From Camelus dromedarius (lineage: Eukaryota): a DNA stretch of 64,000 nucleotides. The position numbers and the translations under genes were made by a program. Below, in pieces: positions 1 through 12,835 of this stretch (position 1 is the stretch's first letter; the number at the start of each line of letters is the position of its first letter). Below the pieces are notes generated by a model. That model saw only the letters and a program-made list of their open reading frames with translations, did no database searches and was not told the origin of the DNA. The stretch spans positions 65,536,001 to 65,600,000 of the forward strand of contig NC_087436.1 in assembly GCF_036321535.1 (NCBI RefSeq). Direction: 5' to 3'.

Positions 1-451
1 TTCAAGTTATTGAAGATATATCTGCTTAGTGTAAAAGAAAATTGTTTTGCTCATTTTTCTATTATCCACTATTTTATGAGCTATGTAATTTATGTCAAAT
101 AATAAAAAATCCAATACGATTCAATATATTTTCTATATTATTTAAGACTATTCAACTCTCCTATAGAAAATACAAGATACTAGGAATAGAATCAAGAAGC
201 TGGATTCGTAAAGTAGTTTCTAAACTAGTTTCGCCGAGAAACTAATACTTCATAGGTGGTGTTCACAAAACCATGTCTCTTCATCCTTTTTTTTCTTTTT
301 TTGTCAAGAACTTATCCTTAATGAAAAAAACCTGGTAAAAATGCACACCTATTGTATTTTCTTAGCATACTGTCTTAGGTCACTGAGAAAAAAATTTAAT
401 ACTCTGCAGTTCAATTTTAATCCTTGTAATACAGGGATGATCCATCCCTAA

Positions 452-616
452 TATGGGGTGCTGGTAAATGTCTAAAACCTGGCTCTTGGTTGGGGTATCT
501 CAGTTTGTAATATTTGGCAATTCTGTGACATAAATGACACTACTGAAAGGAGAATTGGAAAGAGCTATACAATAGGCTTTTGCAAGCCAGTGCAAGATGC
601 CTCCAGCCCATCACTC
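452..616. mobile_element. hAT-type MITE, MER63-like
   Basis: Ends 'tggggtgctggtaaatg' and 'ccagcccatcact' form degenerate inverted termini; 'ttggaaagagctatacaataggcttttgcaagccagtgcaag' resembles recalled MER63 consensus. Confidence 0.55.
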
Positions 617-1044
617 CTTCCTCAAAGAGCAGTTGTAAAAGAAATATGTGTAATTTTTCCTAAAGAACATTGCATATGTTGGTATTATATGACAATTTAA
701 TATAATTCAGACATTCCACAACTCTAAATCACAGACATTTTCAGTACTAACTACTCAATTTTGCTTACTTATTAATTTTACTGCTTGAAAGATTTTCCTC
801 ATCCTTGCTGTTTTCTCAGGCTTTTAGCTTTCATGAGGTAGTTTATTGGTAGTGGTAGGGATACCAGAAATAAAAAAAGGTGAGTAACCATATGGAAACA
901 AGGTCAAGAAATTTCTGCTAAGGAAGGATCATAGTATACACTCAAAACAGCATAATAAAAGAAGTAAGAGAGCTTTACTTTTTCTTAATTCTATCAAAGA
1001 GTAAACAAAAACTAGAAAAAAGTATAGAATATGGAATTTAATAT

Positions 1045-1237
1045 AATTACTATATATAAAATAGATAAACAAGTTTATGCTCTATAGCACAGAGAGCTAT
1101 ATTCAGTATCTTGTAGTAACCTATAATGAAAAAGAATATGAAAAGGAATATATGTATGTACATGTATAACAAACATTATGCTGTACACCAAAAATTAATA
1201 CAACACTGTAAACTGTCTATATTTTGATTTAAAAAAA
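1045..1237 (+). mobile_element. L1 extreme 3' end fragment (cetartiodactyl-type 3' UTR) with short A tail
   Basis: Aligns by eye with 2300-2487 ('aaacaagttta...cacagaga...tagtaacctata.tgaaaaa.aatatgaaaaggaatatatgtatgta...gctgtacacca'). Confidence 0.9.
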
Positions 1238-2495
1238 TGACTTAAAGACTTAAATATTAAACAAGACACTTGAATCTCCTAGAAGAAAACACAGGCAAAA
1301 CATTTTCTGATATAAATCTTAGCAATGTTCTCCTAGGGCCATCTATCCAGGCAATAGAAATAAAAGCAAAAATAAACAAATGGGACCTAATTAAACTTAC
1401 AAGCTTTTGCACAGCAAAGGAAGCCAAAAACAAAACAAAAAAGACAACCTGTAGGATGGGAGAAAATATCTGCAAATGACATGGGCTTAATTTCCAGAAT
1501 ATATAAACAGCTCATACAACTAACTTAATAAGAAAAATCCCAAACAATCCAATTCAAAAATGAGCAGAAAACCTAAACAAGCAATTCTCCAGTGAAGATA
1601 TACAAATGGCCAAAAGGCACATGAAGAAATGCTCAATATTACTAATTGTCAGAGAAATGCAAATCAAAACTACAATGATTTATCACCTCACACCAGTTAG
1701 AATGGCCATTATTCAAAGTCCACAAACAAATGCTGGGGAGACTGTGGAGAAAAGGGAACCATCCTGTGGGAATGTTTGGTGCAGCCATTATGAAAAACAG
1801 TATGGAGATTCCTCAAAAAAACTGAAAATAGACTTACCACATGATTTAGCAATCCTACTCCTGGGCATGTATTGAGAAGGAACTCAAATTCAAACAGGTA
1901 CATGTACCCCAATGTTCACAGAAGCACTATGTACAATAGCCAAGACATGGAAACCTAAATGTCCATTGATAGATGACTAGATAAAGAAGCTATGGTATAT
2001 ATATACCAAGGAATACTACTCACCCATAAAAAAGAAAAATGCCATTTCCAGTAACATGGATAGACCTGGAATTCATCATTCTAAGTGAAGTAAGCCAGAA
2101 GATAAATAAAAATACCATATGATATCATTCTTATGTGGAATCTAAAAAAAAAAAAAAAAGAGAGATAGAGAGAGAGACCTGATTGAACTCATTCACAAAA
2201 CAGAGACAGACTTACAGACATAGAAAACAACCTTATGGTTACCAGGGGGGAAAGAGGGTGGGAAGGGATAAATTAAGAGTTTGAGATTTGCAGATACTAA
2301 CAACTACATATAAAATAAACAAGTTTATATTGTACAGCACAGAGAATTTATATTCAATATCTTATAGTAACCTATAGTGAAAAATAATATGAAAAGGAAT
2401 ATATGTATGTATATGTATGACTGAAACATTATGCTGTACACCAGAAATTCACACATCATAAACTGACTTTACTTCAATTAAAAAAATATTAAAAA
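1238..2495 (+). mobile_element. 5'-truncated L1: degraded ORF2 C-terminus, 3' UTR and A-rich tail
   Basis: ORF-track peptides 'LLEENTGKTFSDIN...KINKWDLIKLTSFCTAKE' and '[10 protein letters not shown]...[19 protein letters not shown]' are L1 ORF2p C-terminal motifs; frameshifts and stops present; internal A-run/(GA)n at 2143-2177. Confidence 0.95.
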
Positions 2496-2559
2496 TTTTT
2501 AAAAGAATTTGATTTTAAACAGTTGTGCCAGATGGTTAAACACTGTCTATTCCTTCTTC

Positions 2560-3020
2560 ATCTGGCTATGACTGAATTCAGAAAGACAGGCAATTGGAAA
2601 GGAAACATGGACATGAAGTGAGAGGGAACAAGGAAGAGTTGAAACCTCTAAGTAAAAGTTGGAACCTGTGTTGGTCTCCCATGCCTCTAAGCTGCCAACA
2701 TTGGTGATAAAGGTCACATATGCAGGGGAAGCTGTACACTTTTATCATGGACTGAATATACACCTGGTCCAGGAGCTAGAAGAGTTGATGGAGGAGATGG
2801 GGGCTCCTGGAGTAGCTATAGACCCAGATGCTGTTGCAAATCAACAGGGAGAGATAGTAACTCATCAAAAAGTTTCTGAGCAACAACAGGATCTGGTGAC
2901 TATACCCACCTTCCTAACATGGTTGCTGCTTCACTTCTGCCTTCCAAAGCTCATGCAGGTTCACTTAGCTCATGATAACCCACCCAGAACAATATATGAA
3001 AGGTAATTCTTTGAGAAGAA
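2560..3020 (-). mobile_element. Ancient LTR-like fragment (family uncertain)
   Basis: GC-richer block; 'gctgcttcacttctgccttccaaagctcatgcagg...cccagaac' resembles old ERV/Gypsy-type LTR sequence. Confidence 0.35.
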
Positions 3021-4084
3021 ACATCTACTTATGCAACCCAAAATTTTCTCAGAATACAAGTGGCTGTCAGATGAGTTTGTCTATTGATAACATTCTGACA
3101 AGGAGGACAGAGGAAAGGAAGCAGTATTAAAAATCCCCATGTGTGACATGGCTAATGAGGACAGTATGACCAGAAGTCAGCTGCCAGATTACTTTTATCC
3201 TTAGGCTTTTGACCCTATCCACTAATCACAAATGAGTTGTCCTGATATCCACTGGTATACCTCTCCCACCCACAGCTTCCAGAATCAATTTTAATCTAAT
3301 GCAGGTGATTCTTAATTCTATCCAGGTCAGCTATCTTTGAGAAGTCCTGTACTAAATCTCCTTCTAAATAATGATGACTGTGATTCATGGAATCAAATGG
3401 ATTTTCTTCTCTTGGGTGGAAGAACAGATATAGGTTAGTCATTACTTAATGTTTAGTGAAAAAAGAAGCTAAAAGTAACAAAACAGAATATAATGAGGAA
3501 GCAACAGAAGCCATGTAAAAGTGAAATTCATGAATAACAAAATGAAAAAGCTGAAGATTTTAAATAGGAAGAATACCCCTGGTCAATAACTGCTAAGTCA
3601 TAGATTATCTGCAAAGCAATTACTGCTTTTATCTACTTGCATGTCTAGGGGAGAATGTACATGTGCTATGGGTAGGCACTCTGAATGAGTGGCCAACTTA
3701 AGGCTTTGTGAATATTTGGGACCTCATGTGTTTTATATTGCTTCATGTGTTTTATGTTTGCTTTATACTTGGTTCTTTTATTCATTCAGCACATATATGA
3801 ACTACTTACTTTACCTGTTTCTGAAATATTTTAAAAGTTACTTGATTCTATTCATAGTGTCTTAATTTCTATAGTAGAACTGAATAATCTTAAATAATAT
3901 AGCAAAATATGTTACAAACATTGGATTTTTTTTTATGTGAGACAAATTATGTATTAAAGGACATTTTTCTACTAGGGAAGAAAATATTTAACAGAACACA
4001 AATATATTTAGAACTCAGACATACTAAACATAGTGATTAAGACACTGTATTATTTTAAAGATCATATTAAATAATGAGGAGGTA

Positions 4085-5020
4085 GAGAAGCATTTCTAGA
4101 ATGGTAGAGTAAGGGTCTCTATAAAGCCACCCTTCCATAAAAACAACAGCGAAAAACATTGGAAAGTGGTCAAAATCAGTATTTTCAGAACTCAGAAAAT
4201 TAATCCAAAGCTTTAAGCAATCTGAGAAGTGTTTCTTCAAAAAAGTAGCTGTCTCCCAGGAGGAGAAGAAAACTTGATTGCATTCTAACTTGCCTCATTA
4301 CAGTCCCCTCGGTTCAGATCTGTGTTCACCTTGACAGACAGCAGCCCTACATCCATGGCAACTGGGAAAACGAGCAGCCTAACAACTGCTGGAGGTGAAA
4401 GAACGGCTTTGTAGCTCCCCCAAAGGCCTACCCCCAGATAACTATTTGATGTGTCCAGTATAACTGTAAATAAAACCCCAATCACAGAGATTGTCTTTAT
4501 TTGACCTGACTCAAAGCTCCTTCAATGAGAAATTTTATTCCCAAAGCATTTGCTAAAAATAATTGGCCTGAAATTATTTAACATTGCAACCATACTAGGT
4601 GACAATATTATTTTTGCTAAACACAAGCCTGGCTGAAATGCTTAAAAGAAAAATTTAGAGAATGAGATGTCAACAGGGGGTTTTGGAGAGCTCTGAAATA
4701 ATCTCTGGGATGTAGAAAGATATAGCTTGCTCATGCCCAGCAAACACCTGAGAAAGCCCTAATCTCTTATCTCTGACCTACCCTGAGGCTCTTGACAGTC
4801 ATGATGTGGAGGTGGAGACAGTGCTGCAGACTGCTGAAGTACTGAAGGAGTGCTACACCACATACAGGCAGGGCCCTTTGGCAAAGGTGGAGATGTATCA
4901 GTCAAAGGCATTTATTCAGTAGCTGATGAATAACGTAACTGAGCAGAGACTTCAGAAGCTGCACATGACAATGCAGACTTTACAGAATGAGTAAATAAAA
5001 AATACATAATGACAGCTAAA
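4085..5020 (+). mobile_element. Ancient L1M 5' UTR fragment
   Basis: 'ttctagaatggtagagtaagg...ccttccataaaaacaac...ggtcaaaatcagtattttcagaactcagaaaattaatccaaagc' resembles recalled L1MC/L1MD 5'-end consensus. Confidence 0.7.
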
Positions 5021-6689
5021 CACTTAACAATAAATTTAAGCCTTGTCTGGATGCAGTTTGTCTGTTTTTCTTAAGTGAAAGAAAGGATGATAATATCTTT
5101 AATGACTCCAAAAAAATTTCATTGTAAAATTGTCAAACACCCAATAATTCATGCAAGAAATTATTTCAATTTCTTAATTTAAGGATATTTGGAAGATTAG
5201 TATGCTAATCTTTATTAATATTATTTGCTGTATTTAGACTAAGGTAAAAATAAAGAGGCATGGCTTAGTTAATTAGGGTTTTTTAGAGACATGTTTAAAT
5301 CTTGTATAAGATCCTCACAGACTATATTATACAGAATATATTAATATACTATATTTTGTTTTTTGTTTTCCTGAATGCCTTATAACTACAAAACAATAAA
5401 GCAGACTCTACAATAGATACACCATTTATATGTGGGCTGATACCTTGGGAGAAAGAAAATCTTTAAGCTTGTTATTGTATCACCAACCCCTGCATTTTAG
5501 TATTACAAAGATCACACCAGAATAATGGTTTGTCTACTTTGCCAATTTGAGTAAAGATGTTGTAATAAAAGTGAGAGCAAAATAATCTCACGTGTGTCTT
5601 AAATGTTCTTATTGGAGTAGAGAAAGACAGCACTTTTATTGCTCTTAAATTCCTTCTTTATTTTATCTGAGCATTCCTCTGTGCACATTCAAGCCCAGCA
5701 GGGAGTTTTAAAAAGAGGCAATAGAGAAGAGACTTGATAAACCAATATCTGAATAATTTAGGTGGCACTAAGGAGAACTGGGAATCATTAAGAGAGGCAA
5801 TATCTAAGATCAACAACTTCAAGTTTTGAGTACTGTTAGTAAGAGATCCAATATAAAGCAATCAGGAATTCCCTTATAGTCCTGCAGACTGAAACTGTGG
5901 AGCACAGCTATTGTATGAAACGCTCCAGTTGGTTTTGCTGAGAGCAAAACCTGCCTTTGCAAATGCATCCAAATTTATTCACAGGCACCTGTAAGCTGTT
6001 TAATCTTGTTTGTTTTTGTTGTTGTTTTAATGAGAGAATCTATATTAGGACTGTCTTTCATGAAGTTTAATTGGCTGTGGTACTGGATTTATCATCATGA
6101 TGTTGTTATCATTCTCCTCCTCCTCTTCATCATCATGATGCAGGTCCTGAAGATTGAATTGACTTTTACCTGCCAAAGCCTTCCTTGCTGACTTTCACCA
6201 TCCCTCACTTTACAAAAAAGAGCCAAGTTTTTACATGCACAGGATTTTGAAACATGTGGGAAGTGGTACAATGTATTATGACAAATGGGTATGAGAAGCT
6301 GAGAGAAAATTATGCGGCAACCATGGAAGGACAAATGGTTTTACACCTCTCTCCTTAGGATAGTGATAACTAAAGATGCTAATGTATTTGGGCCATTGCT
6401 ACCACTATTGTGCTTCACTGATTCAAAATCCCCTAAGGAAATCACATTTAAATTAGTATCTATCTGCATTAACAGCAAGGTGTGAAAAGTTAGTGACTAA
6501 CAGCAAAATTAACATTTAATTTAAACTTTTTTTTTTTTTTAGTCATCAAGAAAATACTCGGAAGAAATACTTCCTTTTGGTACTGAGATAAATGTAAGCA
6601 ACGGTATGGAAAATCACACTTAGATTCACAGCTAGATCAAGAGAGAAGGGATGACTGTTCATTTCTATTCCCTAGAAAAATGGTCTTAA

Positions 6690-8020
6690 ATGCTTTCTTA
6701 TATATTTGTTACGATTCCCCTGTATTTTTGACTAAGTTTCCTGGGCACTGTTTTCTTTGTGAGAAGGTATTTTACTACAGATTCAATATTTTTAATAAAG
6801 TAGTGCTCAGTTTCCCATTCTGTTGTTCTGTCAATTTGGCCAAGTCATATTTGGTTTATTTCTTGGGGTATTTGCCCAACTTATTTAAGTTGCCAACTTC
6901 ATTGTCAACTTACTATTAGCTTTCAAAATGACTTGAGAGGCCATAGTGACCTTCACCCTTACCTCACTCCCCTTTTTTTTATTGCTAATATTGACAATTG
7001 CTGGTTTCATTTTTTTCTTTCTCTGTATTATTCTAGAGTGTTATCAATTTAATCTTTGGAAAAAGCTTTTGGCTGAACTGATTGTATTTATTGAACATTT
7101 ATTCTCTATTTCACTGAAAAAATTATTACTGTTTCCTTTCTCTACTTTCTATGATTTACTAAAGTTTTTCTACTTTATAGAGATGATACCTTATTTCATT
7201 TAAGGTGTTACCTTTTATTTTATATATAATTGCAATTATACATATTTATATAATTATATATGATATATAATATATCATTACATTTTATACAAAATTATTA
7301 TAAATTGATATAATTACACTAACAAATTTTCCTTTATCCTTGTTTTAGCTATGCCAAACATATACTGACATACACTGTCATCAATATTCAGTTTAAAATA
7401 TTATCTACTTGATCTACTATTTTTCACTGTGATTTCTTCAAGTCATAAATAATTCATTTGTGTTATTTCCATCTAGTTGGATATTTTCTAGTTGTCAATT
7501 CCACTGTGATCAGAAAATGCATCTCATGTGGCATTCTAGTTATTTGGAAGTATGTCAGTCCTTTGAAATATTTTGATGATTTCTCTATGGCATAGCATTT
7601 ATTCATTTTTGTTAAATAGTCCACTTTTACATGAAATGAGGTATATTGTATCACGTTGGTTAAATATTCCAAAAATGTATCTATATAGAGAAAGGTATTA
7701 ATTTTGTTCATAACTCCTTATGATTACTTAATTGCTTTTTCTAGATATTTGGAAGTGTGTTAAAATTTCTCTCCATGATTGTGGGTGTTTTTATTTCTTG
7801 TTTTATTTCTGTTATATTTTTCTTCATTGATAAATTATGAAGATATAATGTGTTATATATATACAGGTAGAGTTATTTCATTGATAAATTGACTACTTTA
7901 TCTTTATGAAATATACTTTTTTTTTTACTGTAGTAAAACTTCTGCTTAAAGTTGTCTATGTGTGTGATATTAGTAGGGTTCAACTAGCTTTCTTTTAGTG
8001 TTTTCACATGAAATGGATAT
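6690..8020 (-). mobile_element. Highly decayed old L1 (L1M/L1ME-like) ORF2 region with an AT low-complexity patch at ~7220-7320
   Basis: T-rich antisense L1 pattern, e.g. 'ttttactacagattcaatattt', 'gaagtgtgttaaaatttctctccatgattgtgg', 'tgatattagtagggttcaactagctttctttt'. Confidence 0.65.
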
Positions 8021-8132
8021 TAATTTAACACATTACATCATAATTACAGAAAAGGTCAAATAAAATGGAGAAATTATTATGATTATTTTCCTGTAGTTTA
8101 CCTCTTTAATGAAAAAAATAGGCTAAGCTACT

Positions 8133-8430
8133 GTTCAAGTGTCCATGTCTTTTTGTGGCTTGATAGCTTATTTCTTTTTAACATTGAATAATATTCCATT
8201 ATAAGGATGTACCACAGTTTATTTATCCATTCATCTATTGAAAGTATAGATGCTTTTAAGTTTAGATAAATTTGAATAGTTACTGTAAATATTCACGTGC
8301 AGGTTTCGTGTAGATGTAAATTTTCACCTCATTTGGGTAAGTACTAGGGAAAGTGATTGCTAGATCATATGGTAACAGTATATTTAGCTTTGTAAGGAAT
8401 TGCTAGATTATCTTCCAAAGTGGCTGTAAA
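8133..8430 (-). mobile_element. L1MC/L1MD-like fragment
   Basis: 'tgaataatattccattataaggatgtaccacagtttatttatccattcatctattgaa...attgctagatcatatggtaa...cttccaaagtggctgta'. Confidence 0.8.
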
Positions 8431-9994
8431 TGTAATTTTTTCAAAATAACATTTAGAAGGCGTTTTAGAAACAAGTTTTTTATAGACAAAGATCAATGCC
8501 AGAAATTTGGGCTAAACTTATTATGAGGAGCAGTTAGCAGTGAGGGTAGGAAACTGCACAAAATCAATTCAGAACTTCCATTTCTGAACAAGAAACTTAA
8601 GAATATATGAGACCTCAGAGATGGATGAAAGACCTCTTATTTGAAGACATGGTAACCAATAAACTAAACAAATACATTAAGAAGGGGATGAGTTGTTAAT
8701 AAAGACTATGAACTATTCTCCAAGTAGTGAAAATTTTATCAAGAATTGAGGCAAAATATGGCTTTTTTAATAAGCAGTTCCATCTTTGTTAGTCCTACCC
8801 TCACCCACCATGTTATCTCAAAAGAAACTTTTCCTGTGATTACCAAGAACTGCAGCCCCACTAGTATTGCAGAACAGGAAGAACATAAAATAAATACACT
8901 CTTCTAAAAAGCTGACCACGGGTTGATGTAATAATGTTAAAAGGGATCTTTTGTCATCATCACAAGTTCAAATTGGAGATGAATGGAACATTTGTCCAAA
9001 TTTACTTGTTACTTTAGTAAATTTTCTAGAATACACACTTATTGTTATTTATAGTTGTTTTTTAGAAAAAAATATCAAAGTAGTTTTAAGAAATTTTAAA
9101 ACTACTCTTCTCCAGTTAAAGAAATTGAGGACTATACTCAGCCCTTATTTGTAATATAGTAAATGAGATACAGGTAAAACTATAATAATTATTTACATAG
9201 AGAAATCAAGAAGATGGCGAAATGGCTTAGACCCTGAAAGTATATTCCTTCTTTGTAAACAGAGTGCATTCCACGTGCTATAAAATTAATGTCAAAGGGG
9301 AAGCAATTCACTGACCTATTTACTGACTAAGGAAAAAAATCATTAGGCACTTGTTAAAATCAATAAAGAGGGAGGGGTTAGTTTAACTCTTCAAGTTAAT
9401 TTAAATATTGGTTGTGAAAAATTCAAAAGGATATAATCTAAACTTTTGGTTGAAGAACTAGAGAATAGATGGGATTTAATATGGAGAAATGACTAAATAT
9501 GCACACCAAGGGAAATAGAATTACCTGCACACAAATATAAATTAATCAGTACCACTCTAGAAGTAAACCAGAGGAACATTTAAAGATGATTGAATGGAAA
9601 TGTTTGTTGAGGGACTCCAAGAGTGAAAATGATACCCTGAGGTTCACACATAACAGTAAGTATTTCACTACTTTCAATTTAAAAATGACAACCTCTGTAT
9701 TGAAGTATTTAAAGTATTTTCAAAGATAGATATGAATCCAAAGTAATTCACTAACTAACAAATAATTACTTATTCTTAAACAAATTGGCTTCTAATTAGT
9801 GAAATAATATGATTTACAAAATATCTAAAAAGAAATCAAATACATCAAAAGAAAATGTTTTAAGATTCTTGGATGAACACTAACATTTATACCCTTGCAC
9901 TAATTTTATCTGTTCTAGATATTATTATTTACTAATATTAAAAATATTATAGTAATGTAATTTCACAACTTAAATATTTAGTGTTTAATTTTGT

Positions 9995-10670
9995 TCATTT
10001 TTTAATTAATTGAACTTACTTTTAGAAAAGTGTTAAATTTGCCAAAAAATGGAGGCAATAATACAGAGAGTTACTATATATCCTTCACACAATTTTTCCT
10101 ATTATTAACGTTTTACATTAGTATGTTATATTTGTCACCATTAGTGGACTAATATTGATTCATTATTATTATTAACTGAAATCTGTAACTTATTTAGATT
10201 TTCTTTGTTTTTACCTAATGTCCCTTTTCTGTTTCAAGAACTCATTCAGGAAGTTATATTACATTAATTTATGTCTTCTTAGGCTCCTTTTGGTTGTGAC
10301 ACTTTCTCAGAGTTTCTTGTTTTTAATGTCCCTGGCACTGTTGAGAATGATTAATTATCAAGTTGTATGATGCCACTCTATTGAAATTTGTCTGATGTTT
10401 TTCTCATGATTATGCTAAAATTATGGGTTTTAGAGAGGAAGATCACAGAGGTAAAGTGCCGATTCCATCACATCATGTCAAAGGTACCTTCTACCAGCGT
10501 GATTTGTGATTGTTGATACTGACTTTGATCATTTATCAGGTTTCTCCACTATAAAATTACTCTTCACCTGCCCATTTTCATATTATCTGCTTTGGAAAAA
10601 GTCACTATGAACACCTACACTTAAGGAATGATGAATTACAGTTAAGTACCTACATAATTTATTTGGAGTT
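9995..10670 (-). mobile_element. L1MC-like 3' end
   Basis: 'tttttacctaatgtcccttttctgtttcaaga', 'gaggaagatcacagaggtaaagtgcc.attccatcacatcat', 'caggtttctccactataaaattact'. Confidence 0.8.
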
Positions 10671-11547
10671 CAAAACACAAGATCCATTGATTGACAAATA
10701 GATTTTCAAGCTATAATAATAGCTATTTTGTCAGTATGTATTTTCAGTACCCTGATTTTATAGCTATCTAGGAGCTCCTAGGATTAACCTGCTACTTCCA
10801 TTTTGAAATTTAAAATTCAGAAACCTGATATGGGTCAAATGATAACCCTGGATCTTAAAAGCATGCCCTGTAAATTCAGAAGATTACATGAGATCATCTT
10901 TAAGGTCTGGTGTCTATAATTTTATGATGTTTATAAATCTATAAGTCCTTCAAAAGCAGCATTCACTGAGAAGTTCTGGACTTTGATTAGAATATTTTAA
11001 TAATTACTGATGGTTTCAACTATACCCTGAACTATCTTATAGTTTATTCTGTACATTGTTACCTGTAATTTTTCTAAAGCATATGTTTGACTATTTCACT
11101 GATTTGATTAAAAAAATCTAGTGATTTAACACCAAACATCTAACTAATATCTAAGCAATATTTCATATAACAATATTACAATGATCCTGTATAATGTTAA
11201 CATACAAAGTTAATTTGTACTATTAGTATATATCCAATCACATCACGATATATTTCTTAATCTTATCTCCCCACCAAATGGTAAGTTTCTGGAGAATAGG
11301 GTCCATGTGCTGTGCAATTTTAAAAACAGGACACCCCTCAGAATGGTTACTTAGACATATATTAAGTAAACACTCAATAAGTTATTTTTCCATTATTTCC
11401 TGTATATCAGTTTCAGAAAACTTGAAGAAAGCGGGGCCTACATTCAAAGAATATATAGTCTATTATAGTCTACTGATGCAATCAGAAAATACATTCCTAA
11501 TATAGTGTAATGATTCATATGAAAAAGGGATACAAATATATGATATA

Positions 11548-11970
11548 ATGGACCTAGAGATTATCATAATAAGTGAAGTAAGTCAGAAGAGGTCAAATAT
11601 TATATATCACTTACATATAGAATCTAAAAAACAATACAACTGAACTTACTTACAAAACACGAAGACTCACAGAGACACACAGAAAACAAACTTATGGTTA
11701 CCAAAAGGGAAGAGTGGGGAGAGATAAATCAGGAGTACATGCCACCATATATAAAATAGATAAACAATAAGGATTTCCTGCCTAGAACAGAGAACTATTC
11801 AGTATCTTGTAATAACCTATAATAGAAAAGAATATATATATATATACACACACATAAGCATATATATGTTTATATATACATATAACTAAATCATTTTCTG
11901 TACACATGAAACACAGTGTTGTAAATCAACTATACTTCAATAAATAAATATATATATATATATATACATA
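11548..11970 (+). mobile_element. L1 3' end (same broad family as 1238-2495, more diverged) with (TA)n expansions
   Basis: 'atggacctagagattatcata.taagtgaagtaagtcaga...aaacaaacttatggttaccaaaaggg...gtaaatcaactatacttcaataaa'. Confidence 0.9.
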
Positions 11971-12384
11971 TGTAATTATCAAAGGAAGTCTAATCAATCT
12001 AGATTAGAAAGAGGAATATAAAGTCTTCCTAGGTTGGGAAAAGCATAACATTCATGTTAAAATAAAAGACACAATTACTTAATATAAAATATAGATAGGA
12101 GGAGAGTAGGGTAGAGTGAACATTATGAAAATGGTAAGTTATTTAGGTCAGGAGGAGGACAAAATAGAGAGGTAAACAGGATCAGATACTTAAAAGCTCT
12201 TATACATAATGCTATGTAGCACATTATTATGGCAACTTACTGATTTGTAAGTTGGATAGTAATTTAGATAGCTCTCTGTTTTAAAGTATTATCTTTTGGT
12301 AGCAGGTTGGAAGTGATAGGTGATTTGTTAAGAAACTACTGGGGTAATTCTGTTGAGGAAATACTAGAGCCTTTCTAATGATTG

Positions 12385-12835
12385 TGTTACTAGAATTATA
12401 CAGCCATGTCCTGGCCATGTGACTCTGAAGTGCCTGGCACTAGATCAGTGAAGTAAATTTCACTCTGGTCCATTGATACTGAGTTTGGCCATATGACTTG
12501 CTTTGGCCAACAAAGTGTAGGCAAAGGAACAGTGTGGTAGTTCATGGCCAATAACACAAGAGAAGTCACAGGTTTCCACTTGCTTTCAGGTATTTTGGTT
12601 ATCCACCATGAGAAAACAGTGTGCTAGGAAGCTTCTGTATGCATGCTGAAGAATTTACAAGGAACAGATCTGAATCCAAATTGCAATGGAACCACGTCTA
12701 ACAGATCTTAGCCAAATATAAAATCATGTGCAGATCCTTGAGCAAGAAATAAATGCTTTTTGTTTTAAAACACTGTATTTTTATTTTGCATTCTTTTTTG
12801 TTTGTTTTTATTGTTTTTGTCTTATATTTTGCAGT
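12385..12835 (+). mobile_element. MaLR solo LTR (MLT1H/I/J-like) within a minus-strand L2
   Basis: 'tttggccatatgacttgctttggccaa', 'ccaccatgagaa', 'aagaaataaatgcttttt'; flanks 11400-11540, 11980-12380 and 12840-13000 look like antisense L2. Confidence 0.75.

Noticed and set aside
2659..3006. 115-aa ORF
   Set aside because: Non-ATG start, no recognisable domain, and it overlaps a probable old LTR fragment
3724..3762. ~19-bp tandem duplication, and similar short doublets near 25624, 31538, 36820 and 36998
   Set aside because: Ordinary slippage duplications; no repeat-spacer periodicity, so not CRISPR-like
6243..6288. Possible micro-exon (ILKHVGSGTMYYDKW) between cag and gtatga
   Set aside because: Short, weak pyrimidine tract, unrecognised peptide; chance level
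9079..9106. 11-bp-arm inverted repeat (agtagttttaa/ttaaaactact)
   Set aside because: AT-rich and isolated; plausible by chance, no associated structure
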